Assembly (NCBI GenBank): GCA_040954595.2
Contig: CM082583.2
Span: 13,182,987-13,246,986, forward strand
DNA: 64,000 bases
From: Balanoglossus misakiensis
Taxonomy: Eukaryota > Animalia > Hemichordata
Direction of reading: 5' to 3'
Shown here piece by piece: positions 50,926 through 63,311 of the stretch. How positions within the stretch are numbered: position 1 is the first letter of the stretch; each line of letters starts with the position of its first letter. A program made the translations under genes and the position numbers. The notes beneath the pieces are model-generated. The model saw only the letters and a program-made list of their open reading frames with translations, did no database searches and had not been told where the DNA came from.

Positions 50926-53561
50926 ATGGCGTACTTCAGTCATAGTAGTCGACAGTCGCAGGCAATTTTTCTCTGCGTTGAGTCCGTGTTGTTGTTCTGT
51001 GTGCTGGTTTCTGCTTCAGAGCGAAAGGTAAGAACATATTTATCATTTCCGCAATGGAACTAATTGATTGCTTTGTGATGAAAAAGTGAAGGCCACCTAT
51101 TTGCCGGAAGTTGCTCGTCCAGTGGACAGTCAATGACAAACTGCTGTCTTCCCCTCCCTACTCTAGTCTCCCAATATTGGGGCAGTTTCACAAATTATTA
51201 TGGTGTCTAAATGCCAGACTATTTCAGCGTTGAATACCATGGTAATCGTACATGATCGTGTGGGCGTTCTGGTCATGACCACATGACAATCATACCTGTA
51301 ATGTATTGTTGCTTATTCAGACTTTTGTTTTGACCTTTCTCGTGGTCATGATGCAACATGCTATGACTTCATTGTGCATACTCCAGTAAACAAATTGTAA
51401 TAGTATGCAAATTACGCCTTTGTTCTCCTGACCTACTTTAATACTACTACTCTAAGGTCACCCACACCAAAGTCCCGGTGTGGACTGAGGGGCCATGCCC
51501 ACACCCATGTATATAGCACTGCCACTGACAATAGGGATTGAAGGAGTCTACCTTACATGTATATTCCACATGCTGGGTGACAGCATCTCATCTAGCAAAA
51601 AAGCGTGATGTATCATTTTCCAAAAATAGTATATGTATTAAAGAGACCAAGAAAGCCATTCAAAATGTTTGCTCATTTAGATGAATCATTAATTCTCTGT
51701 GTTTTATTACAGATTTCTATGGAATATAATCCCAATTGTACAGTACCAGTCTGTAGGAATCACACAGATAATAAAAATTTAGTTTATGTGAAAGCCGAAG
51801 GCAATGATGTTTTACACTATCTGTGGAGTTCAGTAGGAGCACCAACCATTTTACTTGCCGTCACGCCAAATAATACCAAGTTACATGTGAATTGGGTAAA
51901 ATTAATGGACACCAACGACAGTAGCAATGCAATAGAATTTGTACCAAATAATGTTATTTACTCCATGGGTATAATATTGACAAGGGTAAGTATATAACTG
52001 TATAATGCGGTACAACTACATGTGTTGAGACTTTGATTTGAGAAGTAATACCGCTGTCAGAATAATTGCATTGTCTGTAGGCATTACTGATACTGAACCT
52101 TTAACTGTGTTTTCAGATGTTCGAGTATGATGATGTTAATGACACAGCCAACCCCAGTAGATGTTCAACATGTACAATGAGCTCAGTCCTGTTGCAAGAT
52201 CTCCATTGGCAAGATGTGAGTGTGACCATCAATGAGACGACGCACAGTGCTGTGCTCAATACAACTCTGTATCAACCAGCACTGAAGGGAAATGGAACTG
52301 TGTCTTTACAGGTGAGTTGACACCATCCCTGATGAGATCACCTGTAAATTAATCTGTAGTTCATTAAAAGTTTAAACTATAAATAATTAGTCACTTGTTG
52401 TAACCACATGCATGCTGTGGCCTTCATAATTCACATTATGTTTGTTCTTTTCCTTTGCAGTTGAGGGCATATGGCGACCAGGAGAGATCAGACACACTGC
52501 CACATTTACAGTACACGGCCAACACTACACAGCTGGACTTCACAATTGACCATGTAGAACCACAGTACAACAGTTCTAGGTTTGCCCTGGAGGTACTCAC
52601 CATCGGAGGTCAGAAAAATCCAAAGTTGAACATTACAAAACATATGGCAAAATCTATTGATGACGAGTATACGCCAGGCATGTTTGAGGTAAGCTGGAGC
52701 AATTTTGTTTGGTTTACAACGGGTTAATTTCTTACATGAATGACGACAACAGAGACTTTGTTGACATGCTTCTTGTTTACTAAACCCAAAAACATCTTTT
52801 TTTTTCTAGGTAGACGAGGTACATCTGCCACCATATCCCAAATCCAAATATGGAAGTTATTCGCAGTGGAAACCCGTGTGTTACTTTGATCCAGCCAGAG
52901 ATCTTGCTAATGCTTTAGAGGTCAGTAAGCAGCCTGCCAAGTGAGACACTCTGTAATGTTACAATTTGGCTGGTGTGACCATTTTCCAACTTTATGTGTT
53001 ACAGGATGGGGTGTACGTTCTCTATATTCACTTTCGTATTTTACATTGTAAATTGTAAATTCCATTTTAATTTTGTTTGCAGGCCAATAGCTATGATTTG
53101 CAGCGTGAAAATCTGTACATTCCAAACAAAAGCATTGTCACCAGCTTCTATGATTTGAATCAAGTGGAGATGGCCGCCTTCAACTTGTCATTTGGAACGT
53201 CTAAAGATGGATTTTACAAGGCCTCAAATTACGTCAGCTGGTAAGTTCATTTTAAGTTTAATGGAGTTGTCCTTCTCTCATTCTTCCTGCCCTATTTTGC
53301 CAGGCAGCCAGCTCTATTGTAGAATCTCATTAGTTCCAGTAGTGTCATAATACTTTCTCCCCAATTAATTTATTGATTGTTTTCAACAGGACGGCAAATA
53401 TTGGTTATGGAACTCCACCAGAAGATGCCCTGTCACTGCTCATCATCATCGTCATGGCAGCAGGACTTGGTCTCCCAGTTCTGTTGATCATTGCAGGCGG
53501 CACATATGTCTGCGTCAAGAAGAGACAGAAATACAAAGAACTCACCCTTCTGGTGAACTAG
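50926..53561 (+). CDS. GLMP: Glycosylated lysosomal membrane protein (NCU-G1), 412 aa, 7 exons
   Basis: Exons 50926-51027, 51713-51985, 52117-52311, 52461-52688, 52810-52920, 53083-53240, 53390-53561 (1239 nt). Signal peptide; LHYLWSSVGAPTILL, FEYDDVNDTA, LPHLQYTANTTQLD, SIDDEYTPGMF, QWKPVCY, FNLSFGTSKDGFY, IGYGTPPED; TM helix IIVMAAGLGLPVLLIIAGG; many N-x-S/T sequons; short tail with YKEL. Confidence 0.93.
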
Positions 53562-54591
53562 GGTAATAAAAAAGTTTATCACAGTCTAAAAAAACATGTG
53601 AAATATACTAGGGAGTACAGTATCGAAATGGCTGAGGCTGAATGGATCACAGGGGGCAATTGACACATTAAATGTGCTGTCTCCTGTTGTTTTAAGTTCT
53701 CGTGTATGGGTTCATGATATCCTGGATCATCATACGACAAGTATTAATAATACATTACGAACGTGTGGTTTTAACACCAATATGAAGTCTATGTATCTGG
53801 AGACTGCGAGATCCATTGAATATTTTTTCAACTCTTAAGGGATGATTGTACTGTAAAAGGGAGCCAACCAGGTTACAAACCTGGACCTAAACTAGAGTAA
53901 CATTGGTGATAAAAATGACCAGTGTACATAGAAGTACTCAGAAGACCCTGCCAGTGTTGTTGTTGTCTACCAATGGATCATTCCATAATAAGAAATCAGG
54001 GAAGATGGCATTAGTGTGACTCAAACAAATCTACAGTTGCTGCTCCCCTTTTCTCACATCACCTGACCCCAACACCGCGGCCCCTCCTCAAATCCCACCT
54101 ACCACGTGCACCCTCCTATATCGGTCATGGATGACAAGTTGCTGCAGCCCAACTCATCTTTAAGAGTTTGATGCGAGAGCTAGAATCAATTAGTTGCCAG
54201 GGTTTTTTACTGGTGGCGCAATGCGAGCGCGAGGCCCTTTTACGTGCTGTAATTTTGTGTACAGTACATTGTTGTTGATCATTTACAAGGCAGTACTTTC
54301 TCTTTTGTGTTAATAGGTTTTAAAGTTGGTAAGGTTTGGTGTTTGAAACATTTTTGCTTTTTAATTTGTTGTCAGAGCGACATCAAAGTGACGACATGAC
54401 ATGACAGTTACTTCACTTATGAAAACAATTCAAATGATTTTATAATTCATTGATCAAAGAGTAAAATAAAAGCCCAATAATTTTTTTTAAAACTAGACCC
54501 ACAGTGATGAATATGCAGCCATGTTTTTAGCTCTCACTTGGTATATGTACATGTATATAACGGGAATTACTGGGATCAGTTGGTGTCTGTC

Positions 54592-54611
54592 ATCTGTCTG
54601 TCTGTCTGTCT
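54592..54611. repeat. (TCTG)n microsatellite
   Basis: Five tandem TCTG units between the convergent GLMP and PTP genes. Confidence 0.8.
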
Positions 54612-55541
54612 GGATATACATGCATGTGTGAATGGATGGTCCAGTCTGAAAGGTAACAAGTTTCAGAAAATAAAAACAAGGCTTGTGAGCACAAGTAGTC
54701 ATTCAACAGCCATACCCACATTGACACAACATCATGTACACATGCAACTCAAATTTTGAGGAAGGGGAAAATAGCTATGGTAATTCAATCACAAGCATCA
54801 GACTATTAAGGTGATTTTTGTAAAATCTTTATTTGTGAAAACTGATTATAAAAGCGTTCCCCCAAAATAATAGAAATCTATCACTTATCAGCTCATAGTA
54901 AATACTGAAATCTCATTTGACAATAACATCTTCAGGTATTATATTTTTAAAATTAATGTGAATATTATATCAGACCTATAGTTTATATAAAATATCTTTG
55001 TATATTTTATCTATATAGACATTACAGAAGCGCCGGTAACTTCCATTTCGGTCATGAAATCAAACATAGCCCTCTTGTGGCTTCTCATAGAAATCACTTG
55101 TTTATTGGCAACTTTCCATATATAATGAATGTGACCACAAATGTTGCCCATTATCTATCTCTTTGTATACGTCACTATGTCAAGTATGCATACTGAAGAT
55201 TCCTTCCACTTCAAACAATCTTGGACAAGATAGAGACCTTTACTCTAACAGGTCAAATTGTCTGCAGACATCACAGCATTCTATAAAGCAGATGGAGGGA
55301 CTGTGGTTGTACAAATGTTTATACATTGTGGTCTTGTGAAGCACTCTCAAAATACTCTTATTTGAAGAGTGACTGCAAAGATATCAGTGGCCTAGTCAAA
55401 GATAAAGGTCAATTGGACCTGCATCTTCTTGAGTTTTACCAGTGAGTATCACAGTTTCTTTCTGGCCTTGGCCTGAACTGACCGGAACCAGTCTGGTCTG
55501 ACTGGAATTCTTCAACAATCACTGGGTCATTTAATCTTAGT

Positions 55542-58500
55542 TCAGAAATCTGTCTGACTTTTGGCACATAAACCTTGCTCTATTATTTCATCCAGTTCTT
55601 CTCCAGCCGGGAATTGCTGCTGAAGACGTGTGGAGTAATAATACAGAGCCTGCAACAGTTTTACAAAAAAGAGGGAAGAATTATACACTGGTGGTGTTTC
55701 ATGTCCGAATTCTGAACTCAAACGTAAAAATGGCAAGCTAAGTTAAGTTGCTATGTATACATTTTGTACACATAGAGCCTGGAGACTTATCACAAACCAT
55801 GAGTGGAGATATTTGTGAATCTAACAAGTTCATCTCCTTTTACAAAGTGCCAGTTTGAGTGTTACTGACCTGATAGATGATGTTGTACTGTTCTTTGGTC
55901 TGTACAGCACCTGCTCTGTCTTGTCTAATGCAACACACAGTGTATGGTACATCCACAAAAGTTCTGTCTTCAAGGGCTCTCATACCAATATCTATGGCAA
56001 TCACAGTGCCAGTACGTCCAGTGCCTGGGCTTTGAGATCAATGCAGGAAAGAAATTCAATTCAACTTTATTACTCTCTATTATGTTGACAATTTCATATG
56101 AGAAGAACACAGGCATACATGTCTTGTTTCCAACTTCTGAACCAGTTGGGAATTATTACACTTAATTACCTGCAATGTACGACTACAGGACCATGATGCT
56201 CATGTATGTACAGTCTTGCATCTAGGAGGAATGACACGATCGATGATGGCTCGTCGGGTTCGTGATCATGTGGCCAGCAGGTGAACCAATGATGAGTCAG
56301 GGTACGACACAAATTTTTCTGTCAATTAAAAGTTACAATGTTAATTTGTTTTACCCCATGGAAAAAACCATCCAATTTTTGATATACACACAATTTCAAC
56401 TATTACTGAACAGGTACATTTGTGAAAGTATATAGTTACTCACTTCAATATCTTTCATTAGCAGTGTTGTGATGGTACAATATTCCTTTTCGTCTACAGA
56501 CTGAACTGATATCAAGTAATCTCCATGTATCTGTGTAGCCTCATCACCCTTCTGTTTTGTGGGCCAATACTGGTGACATCGTTTCTGGGAAAGTCATGAC
56601 AAAACTAATAGTAAATTCATGAATAAATGTCTGCATCATACATACATCCTATGATCCATCACATCATGATACAACTGTCCCACACCTCAGTACACTGTGC
56701 TACACATAAATAGCTTAGTAGTCAGTACCCACCACACATCACCTTCCATACCATTTAACCACCATTACAACAAAAAATGTCACATAATCATCTTACCCCT
56801 TTCATGTCTGTTAACATTAGAATCACTCTTGACTGTTGCTCCCAGATCATTCTCCAGAAATCGACAGCAGTGTTTTCCATCGGAGCTTGTGTTGCTATGT
56901 ATTCTTTCTTCTGATCATTGTAACCCTAGGCAACAAAAAAACATAATTAATTAGGTCTATTATGACACTATATAGTGTAACTTCAACTATATGCATCTTG
57001 AGTTCATAATTAATTTTACACTTAAACAGTACAAATCAACTTTCAGCTGGAGCTTGTACTGATACATGTACAGTTGTAGTAAGAGAGTTTTGCAATTAGA
57101 ACTTGTCTCACCTTGATAAAATTAGCATTGATGTATTCGGAAGTATCATCTTCAATGTGATACGTCAGTTGAACCCGGCTTTTTGGTGGAGGTAAAGCGT
57201 TGCTATAACGATTTTTACGATCCACTCCCGATGGGATATCACTTTGCTTTACCACAGGATTTGGAAGGCTCTAGATAAAGAATTCAAGATTTCCAAATAT
57301 TTATACACACTATAAGTAGCCCTTCATCAATAATTTGAATCCAGTGTCTGATAATCAAAAGTTTTTAACATAAAGTTTCATGCAAGGTTTGTTGAAAAAG
57401 TTTTGGTTACAAATATTTATTCCACCAGAAGAAATCTTGCATAAAAGTTTTATGTTGCCCGCAAATCTATTGAATGAAGCAAGGTCATGGTCAGAGGTCA
57501 GCCACCACTACTGATCCAGTACGTTCAAGATATCATAAACTTATTGTAAAATATCTGGCATCACCTGGAATTCTTCATCTATGGCCTCTGTGTAAGTGTA
57601 GAATTTGGACAAACTGTCAACAGTCAACACATGTGATGGAAAAACCTAGAACAGAACAGTGGAGTATTAAAAACTTAACACTCTAACTGGCAGTGTTTAA
57701 TGTCAGTGTCCATGGCACGGATCACCACCGATTTGACAATCTCTCAGATAGGGAGTCCAGCAGGGTTGTTAAAAGTCTAACGACATAGTTTTGTATCAGA
57801 CAAACAGATGTTGTTACAGCTCCATCAACACTGATCTGTGTCCTGACACAAAAACCAATGAAGGTTTTATGTCACGCAGCGAATGTTAATCTGATCTTGC
57901 TCATGACCTTTACATGGTGAGAGGTCATTGCAAACAGGATGCAGACATACTGAGCCTTATTTACGCCTACAATTTTTCCATAAATACTTGATTTGCAAAT
58001 CACATGAACCATGATTACTTCTTGTGGAGGGATGCTGCATGGTGTCACCCAAACTGAAAATGTTCAGCCAGGCATGCGCCCTGGTGGAATCACTTGTTTA
58101 TTACAAATTCTTCAGATTATGGCCAAAGTTACAGTGTTTAAAAGGGCTGTTTAAACTGCGTGACAGATGATCGGAGTTGTCGAGTGACAGCTGATAAACA
58201 TTACACCAATGGAGACAAACAAATATGTCTCCTTACTGCATCCTTGTTGTAAACTACGATCATATTTCAGGATCTGTGCTTTTGTTTTTTATGCGAATGA
58301 ATTTCTGTTTGAAATGGAAACCACCACAGAAACTATATACAGAAGACAAACATTAACTTGTAGAAATTTTCACTCCGCACAAACCACTACCTCACCTGTG
58401 GTAGTGTCTCATCCCAATCCATGGCATAGTTGACCGCAGCCACGATGGATTTGGAACACTTCTTGAAAAGCTTGGAATTGCCATTTTGTACAGACAGTGG

Positions 58501-61500
58501 TGTCAACTGCACCGAATCTTTATCTTGGTGGTGATTTATCATGACAAGATTTTCACCACCACTTCCATAGATCGCTTCCATCTCTTTCTTCATCATCAGT
58601 TTCCGTCTTCTCATCTGGATGCGAATCAACAAACTCTAAGTTATGACATGAAATCTTTTTTGGTCCGTTGTATGCTTGAAACCCCCACCCCCAAGACTTG
58701 GACAGAACAATTACTGAACCATTTGTCGGATCTCCTACCTTGTATGTCCCTGAGATGAAGCACGCAATAAGAACCACACTGACGATCACCACACCAAGAG
58801 TCCAACCAAGGAAATGGGGAGGATGATCTCCATATGTGGGTTGAGTTGGTGTTGATTCACCACTGATCGACACACGCAGTAACTGCAAGAGTTGAGTTGG
58901 GCAAAATAATTAAAACTTTAAGACAGCACAAGAGACCTATAAGTTTTCTAGGTCTACCAAATCTAGATGCAATACATGGTAATGCAACACAATACCATTT
59001 CGGCCAAAAGTATGGGTTCCCTGCACATAAGTTATTCCAAACGATTTTAATATTACAGCTATTCACAGCCAGTCCTTATAATTACCTTGCTAGCATAGTT
59101 GCCCAAGTAGCGATGATCTTTTTCTATTGCATATCCAGCCTGGACAGTCAGCTTTTTGTTGTACTTGTTCTTGATTGCATAATACAGATCAAGGTAGATC
59201 TCTGATGCCCTCCTCTCCAGAAATTTCAAATTGGATTCTGTGTTACCGCAATACCTGTAGTCGTTGAGTAAAACCACATTGAAAGTCAGAGCCTTGATGA
59301 CCGAGACATTTCTGGCAATGAGGGCCAGGTTGGCCGTGAAGTCTTTCCTGATTGGACAGAATTCATTCCAGGTCATTGCCAGTATCAGTTCGATGTAAAT
59401 TTCAGGGTAGCTTGGCATTGTGGGATTGGTGGCAGGGGGCCGGTTGCCATGGTCAGGTTGATTGTCTTCTGTTGGCGAGATGACTTCTGGGGCCGGTTTT
59501 GTCATTGCTGTTGTTTTTGGCTTGGTGTCTTTATCTTTTGATGCAGTGGTTTTGGGGTTGGTGTGCAAATCCTTTGGTGGAAAGGTTTTTGGTTTGGCCT
59601 TTGGTGTAGTCTTCTCAGGACTTGCATCAGTGGTGCCCAGTGGCAGGCTTGGAATCGCTCCACCAGTTGTCCCAGTGGCCACTCCAGTATGCGGCTTTGT
59701 TTCAGTCGGTATCTTGGATGGCTTGGGACTTCTCACAGAGCTTTTGTCTGATTTGGTGGGAGTTGGGCTCGCCTCTACTGGTTGGGTGGGCACAGTCCTG
59801 TCAACCAATGATGTGATTCCTATTGTCTGACTTGGGCTTGGCATAGTCTGCATGGATTCTTTATCCACTGGAATAGATTTCTTGACTGATTTTGCAGAAG
59901 CAATGACAGTTTCCTCTGGTGTTGGGAGTGGGACTGCAGACCTAGTCACTTGTTTGGATTTTACAGGTGGTTTAGTTGGAAGTGATCTTGAATACAGCAC
60001 ACTCGGACTTGGTTGGACAATGGTAAATTTTCCAATAGGTTTGACTATATGCTCGTCATCACTTTCAAATTTCTCTTTTTGGACTTGCGACACAAGTGGA
60101 GTTTGCCTCATGCTGAAGACGACAGAACTGGACGGTGACACAGTTTTAAGAATATCAACCTGTTTTATTTGTTTTGTGCTAATGTAACCCGGTGCAGAGT
60201 ATGTATGAAGGAGTTCCTGAGAAGACTGCTGGATTTCCAAAGTTGGTATGATGCTGATTTCACCCGACTTTTGCATGTGATGTGTCACATCTTCTGAGTC
60301 CTTGGCACCCCAGTTTCCCTTCTCCGTCGTGCCAGAAACAGGAACACTTTCAGTGGCAACAGTTTCCATAGCAACAGGTAGAGTAACTTCTCTCGTCATG
60401 GAAACGCGGGATGCAGTTACTGCTTTGCCTGCTTTCTCGCCCACGTTTGTTTTCAGATTCACTTCAGTTGGGGATCTTCCAACATCAGTTGGAGATACGT
60501 AACTTTCCATAGTTTCTGGTGTCAAGGAGATGTCTACTGCTGAAGATGGGAGGAATTTACCTTCCTTGGGATTATACACAATTGACGGTGTTGGCAATGG
60601 TTTAACCTGAACATCATGAAGACTGGACATTGATATGAACTTGCTCTGTAGCAGACTGATCTCTACGCTTGGTACAGAACTCTGAAGATTAATCTTCTGC
60701 GAGGGTTGTACACCTCCACTGACAGCGACACCTTTGTCCCCTTTCACTGGCTGCACACTTCCAGAAAGCATGGCCATGTTAATACGAGACAGAGTTTTTG
60801 CATACTGCATGTCATCTGTTTCAACAGCTAAATGGCTTGCTTCAATTTTTTCAGCACTCGCCAGGGAGTTTCCAAAAGAAATAGTGGGTGTTGGATTAAT
60901 TTCTATCACTTTCTGAGTTTCTTTTGATTTTAAAATCTTTGCTGATTCCTGCGGAATCCATGCAGAAATGCTTTCTCCGGTGCCAATGTCAGGTTTGTTC
61001 CCACTTTGTGGGTGGGAAGATGCCGGATAGGTTTCTGCCAGGTCTTTGCTACCTACAGACTTCCCATTTTGAAACAATGATGCTGATAGAAGTTCTCTAG
61101 CCAAGACAGATTCTTTAATCAGACTTTTTTGTACAAGTTGCGATTCCTGTGGTGTTGCAACAGTTTCTGATGCACTCAATTCAGGCTGGGATTCTGTGAC
61201 AATCTTTGATATCCCTGGTCCGAAAGTTATGTCAGCGGAGCTTTTCGTGTCCTTTTCTCGTCCAGCAGTGTGACTCGGGAAGTTAACTGTGCTTTGCAGC
61301 ACAGTGCGGCTGAGTTCAATTCCATTACCAACAGAGGTAACAACATCATCCGCCTTGCCAACAGCTTTATCTTCGGACTGTTTGTAACCAACACTTGGCG
61401 TTGGAAGGATTTCAGCTGACATCAAGATTGCTGATTCAGATTTCTTTACCACATCCGGGATGTTCAGAGTCTGAACATTACTGATAGTTTGAGTGGCGTA

Positions 61501-63311
61501 ATTCCTTTGAATGATGGTGATGATACGCTGCATGTCACCTTCCTTGACATCATCTGTTAATTTGTCGCCCTGTGCAAGCGGCGTGGGTTGGAAAGCTGGA
61601 GACGGGAAGGAATGCATCATTCGCTCAGCTAAGGGTGTCATTGCCTCGTCTCCGGTCGCAGCTTCTGAACTGATCAACACTTGATCCGTCATGTTGGGGC
61701 TTGGTAAAACCTGATCCGCAATGTCAGAACTTGGCAAAAGTTGCTTGCCATCTTTTCCCAGTCCGACGTCAGATCCTGGATAAGTGAGAATGGATCAGAC
61801 ATGGTTATCACTTACAACATGGTATTAATGTTTGGCAGTTAAGAAGTTTAATGACCTCAATTCGATCCAGACAGAATGAGATTATTAGAATGAAATGAAA
61901 ATACCAGCGATGCTTTTGTGGGTCACAGACTGACATAATGCAAATTTTATTAGTCTCTCTCTTTCTCTGCTCACTGATGTGAAGTGACCAAAAACATCTG
62001 AAACCAGGTCATTGGGCGTGTTTCAGTGAGTAAAGTAACATAAAAATTGCCTATCAAAATAAAATAACCAAATAAAATCAAAAGCTGGTGACTTTGTCAC
62101 TGGCCTTGAACTTCAATGTTCGAATTTTGTCCATAAATCACCGTTGCCTTGACAGCACCTCCTGAAAAGTTTCGCCCCTTGAGATTCAAGAAATACTAAC
62201 ACAAGCCTCACAGATGTGATTTACGAGTTTCTGGAAAAGTTTTGTGAAATGCAAGTGGTGTCCTATACATAGCGAGTGCCCCCTAGCCTAGTTGTAAACT
62301 GGATTCTGCACTAGCGATGATGCTGGCAGATGTTACAATGACATGACGGTAGAGAGCTTGCACTGACTTGCTCATCAAGTGTGATATCAAATGGTGTGTT
62401 TTTACATACTTTCATAACTGAGCAATCAACTCATGATTTTAGCCTAATTTAAATTTATGCAAATTACCAGTATTAAAAGTTATTAACATAATACGCATTT
62501 AATTAGATTTCAGTGATTTAATGTTGATTTTACTGCATAACGTATATGTGACCTTTGACCTAACATAAAGTATGAATTACAATATATTACATTTCTTATC
62601 ATGAATGTCAGTTTCAACTAAGTCTCTGTATCAAATTGCCGTTAATACATTGCATTTTTGTTCAAATAGTTACAAAAAAGTGACAGGGCTAAATATTTCA
62701 TTAATTTTACATAAAGAAATTTGATATATTTTAACTTATTGTACTGTTATTTTTAGTTTGTTGCTATACACTAGATATTCTTAAAATAAAGTAGTAATCA
62801 TGTTACATCTAAAATATGTGTTTCCCCAGCGCTCTGAGTAATTTAATATTTATGCAACAGATACCAATGTCACTCAACAAAAGTTTTTATAAGCCTTTTT
62901 TCAGGGTTCCTCGCTCTGATCTGACCATACCCAATGTCGTTTTTGTTTCAACAAAGTAAGGTCAACAAGGGTCAACAGTGGTAATAAACTTCGTTGCATT
63001 CTCAGGATGCAGTAATCAACATCTACTACTGAAAGTTTTTGCAACACACTGTAAAACGATCCGGACTCGATTCAGTGAAACCACAGACTGTGAGTGAAAC
63101 TGGAAAATTCACACTTTCCAAAGAAATCTTTTCTTAATAGTCTTGTGAGGTTGTCCCCCAAAAATTACTAAGTAAACGCCCCTCCCACAGTCGTCCCAGA
63201 CCAGACTTTAATAGCGACCACGACCTCACCTTGAACGTATTCCTCGCCGATAACGATAGCCGATGCAACAAAACAGACTCGGAACAGCAGTGAAATCTTT
63301 GCGTTGGTCAT
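55542..63311 (-). CDS. Single-domain receptor-type protein tyrosine phosphatase-like protein with mucin-like ectodomain, 1360 aa, 11 coding exons
   Basis: Exons (high-low): 63311-63230 (signal peptide [22 protein letters not shown]), 61775-59086 (S/T/P-rich stalk plus a folded juxtamembrane module), 58882-58739 (TM), 58635-58396, 57645-57565, 57270-57112 ([12 protein letters not shown]), 56925-56797 ([16 protein letters not shown]), 56584-56444 (CHQYWP), 56318-56170 (WPH, PVVVHCS), 56029-55870 (PGTGRTG, VQTKEQY), 55649-55542. Total 4083 nt, all phases consistent. Confidence 0.88.
57870..58165. mobile_element. Possible 296-bp MITE in a PTP intron
   Basis: TGTCACGCAG (57870-57879) and CTGCGTGACA (58156-58165) are exact 10-bp inverted repeats. 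No clear target-site duplication and no second copy in the window. Confidence 0.3.

Noticed and set aside
59462-60916. Plus-strand hydrophobic ORFs opposite the mucin-like exon
   Set aside because: Antisense shadows of Thr/Pro/Lys-rich codons.
55542-63311. Assigning the symbol PTPRR, PTPN5 or PTPRN to the phosphatase
   Set aside because: There is no cytoplasmic KIM, the active-site motifs differ from both R7 and R8 subtypes, and orthology needs a phylogeny.
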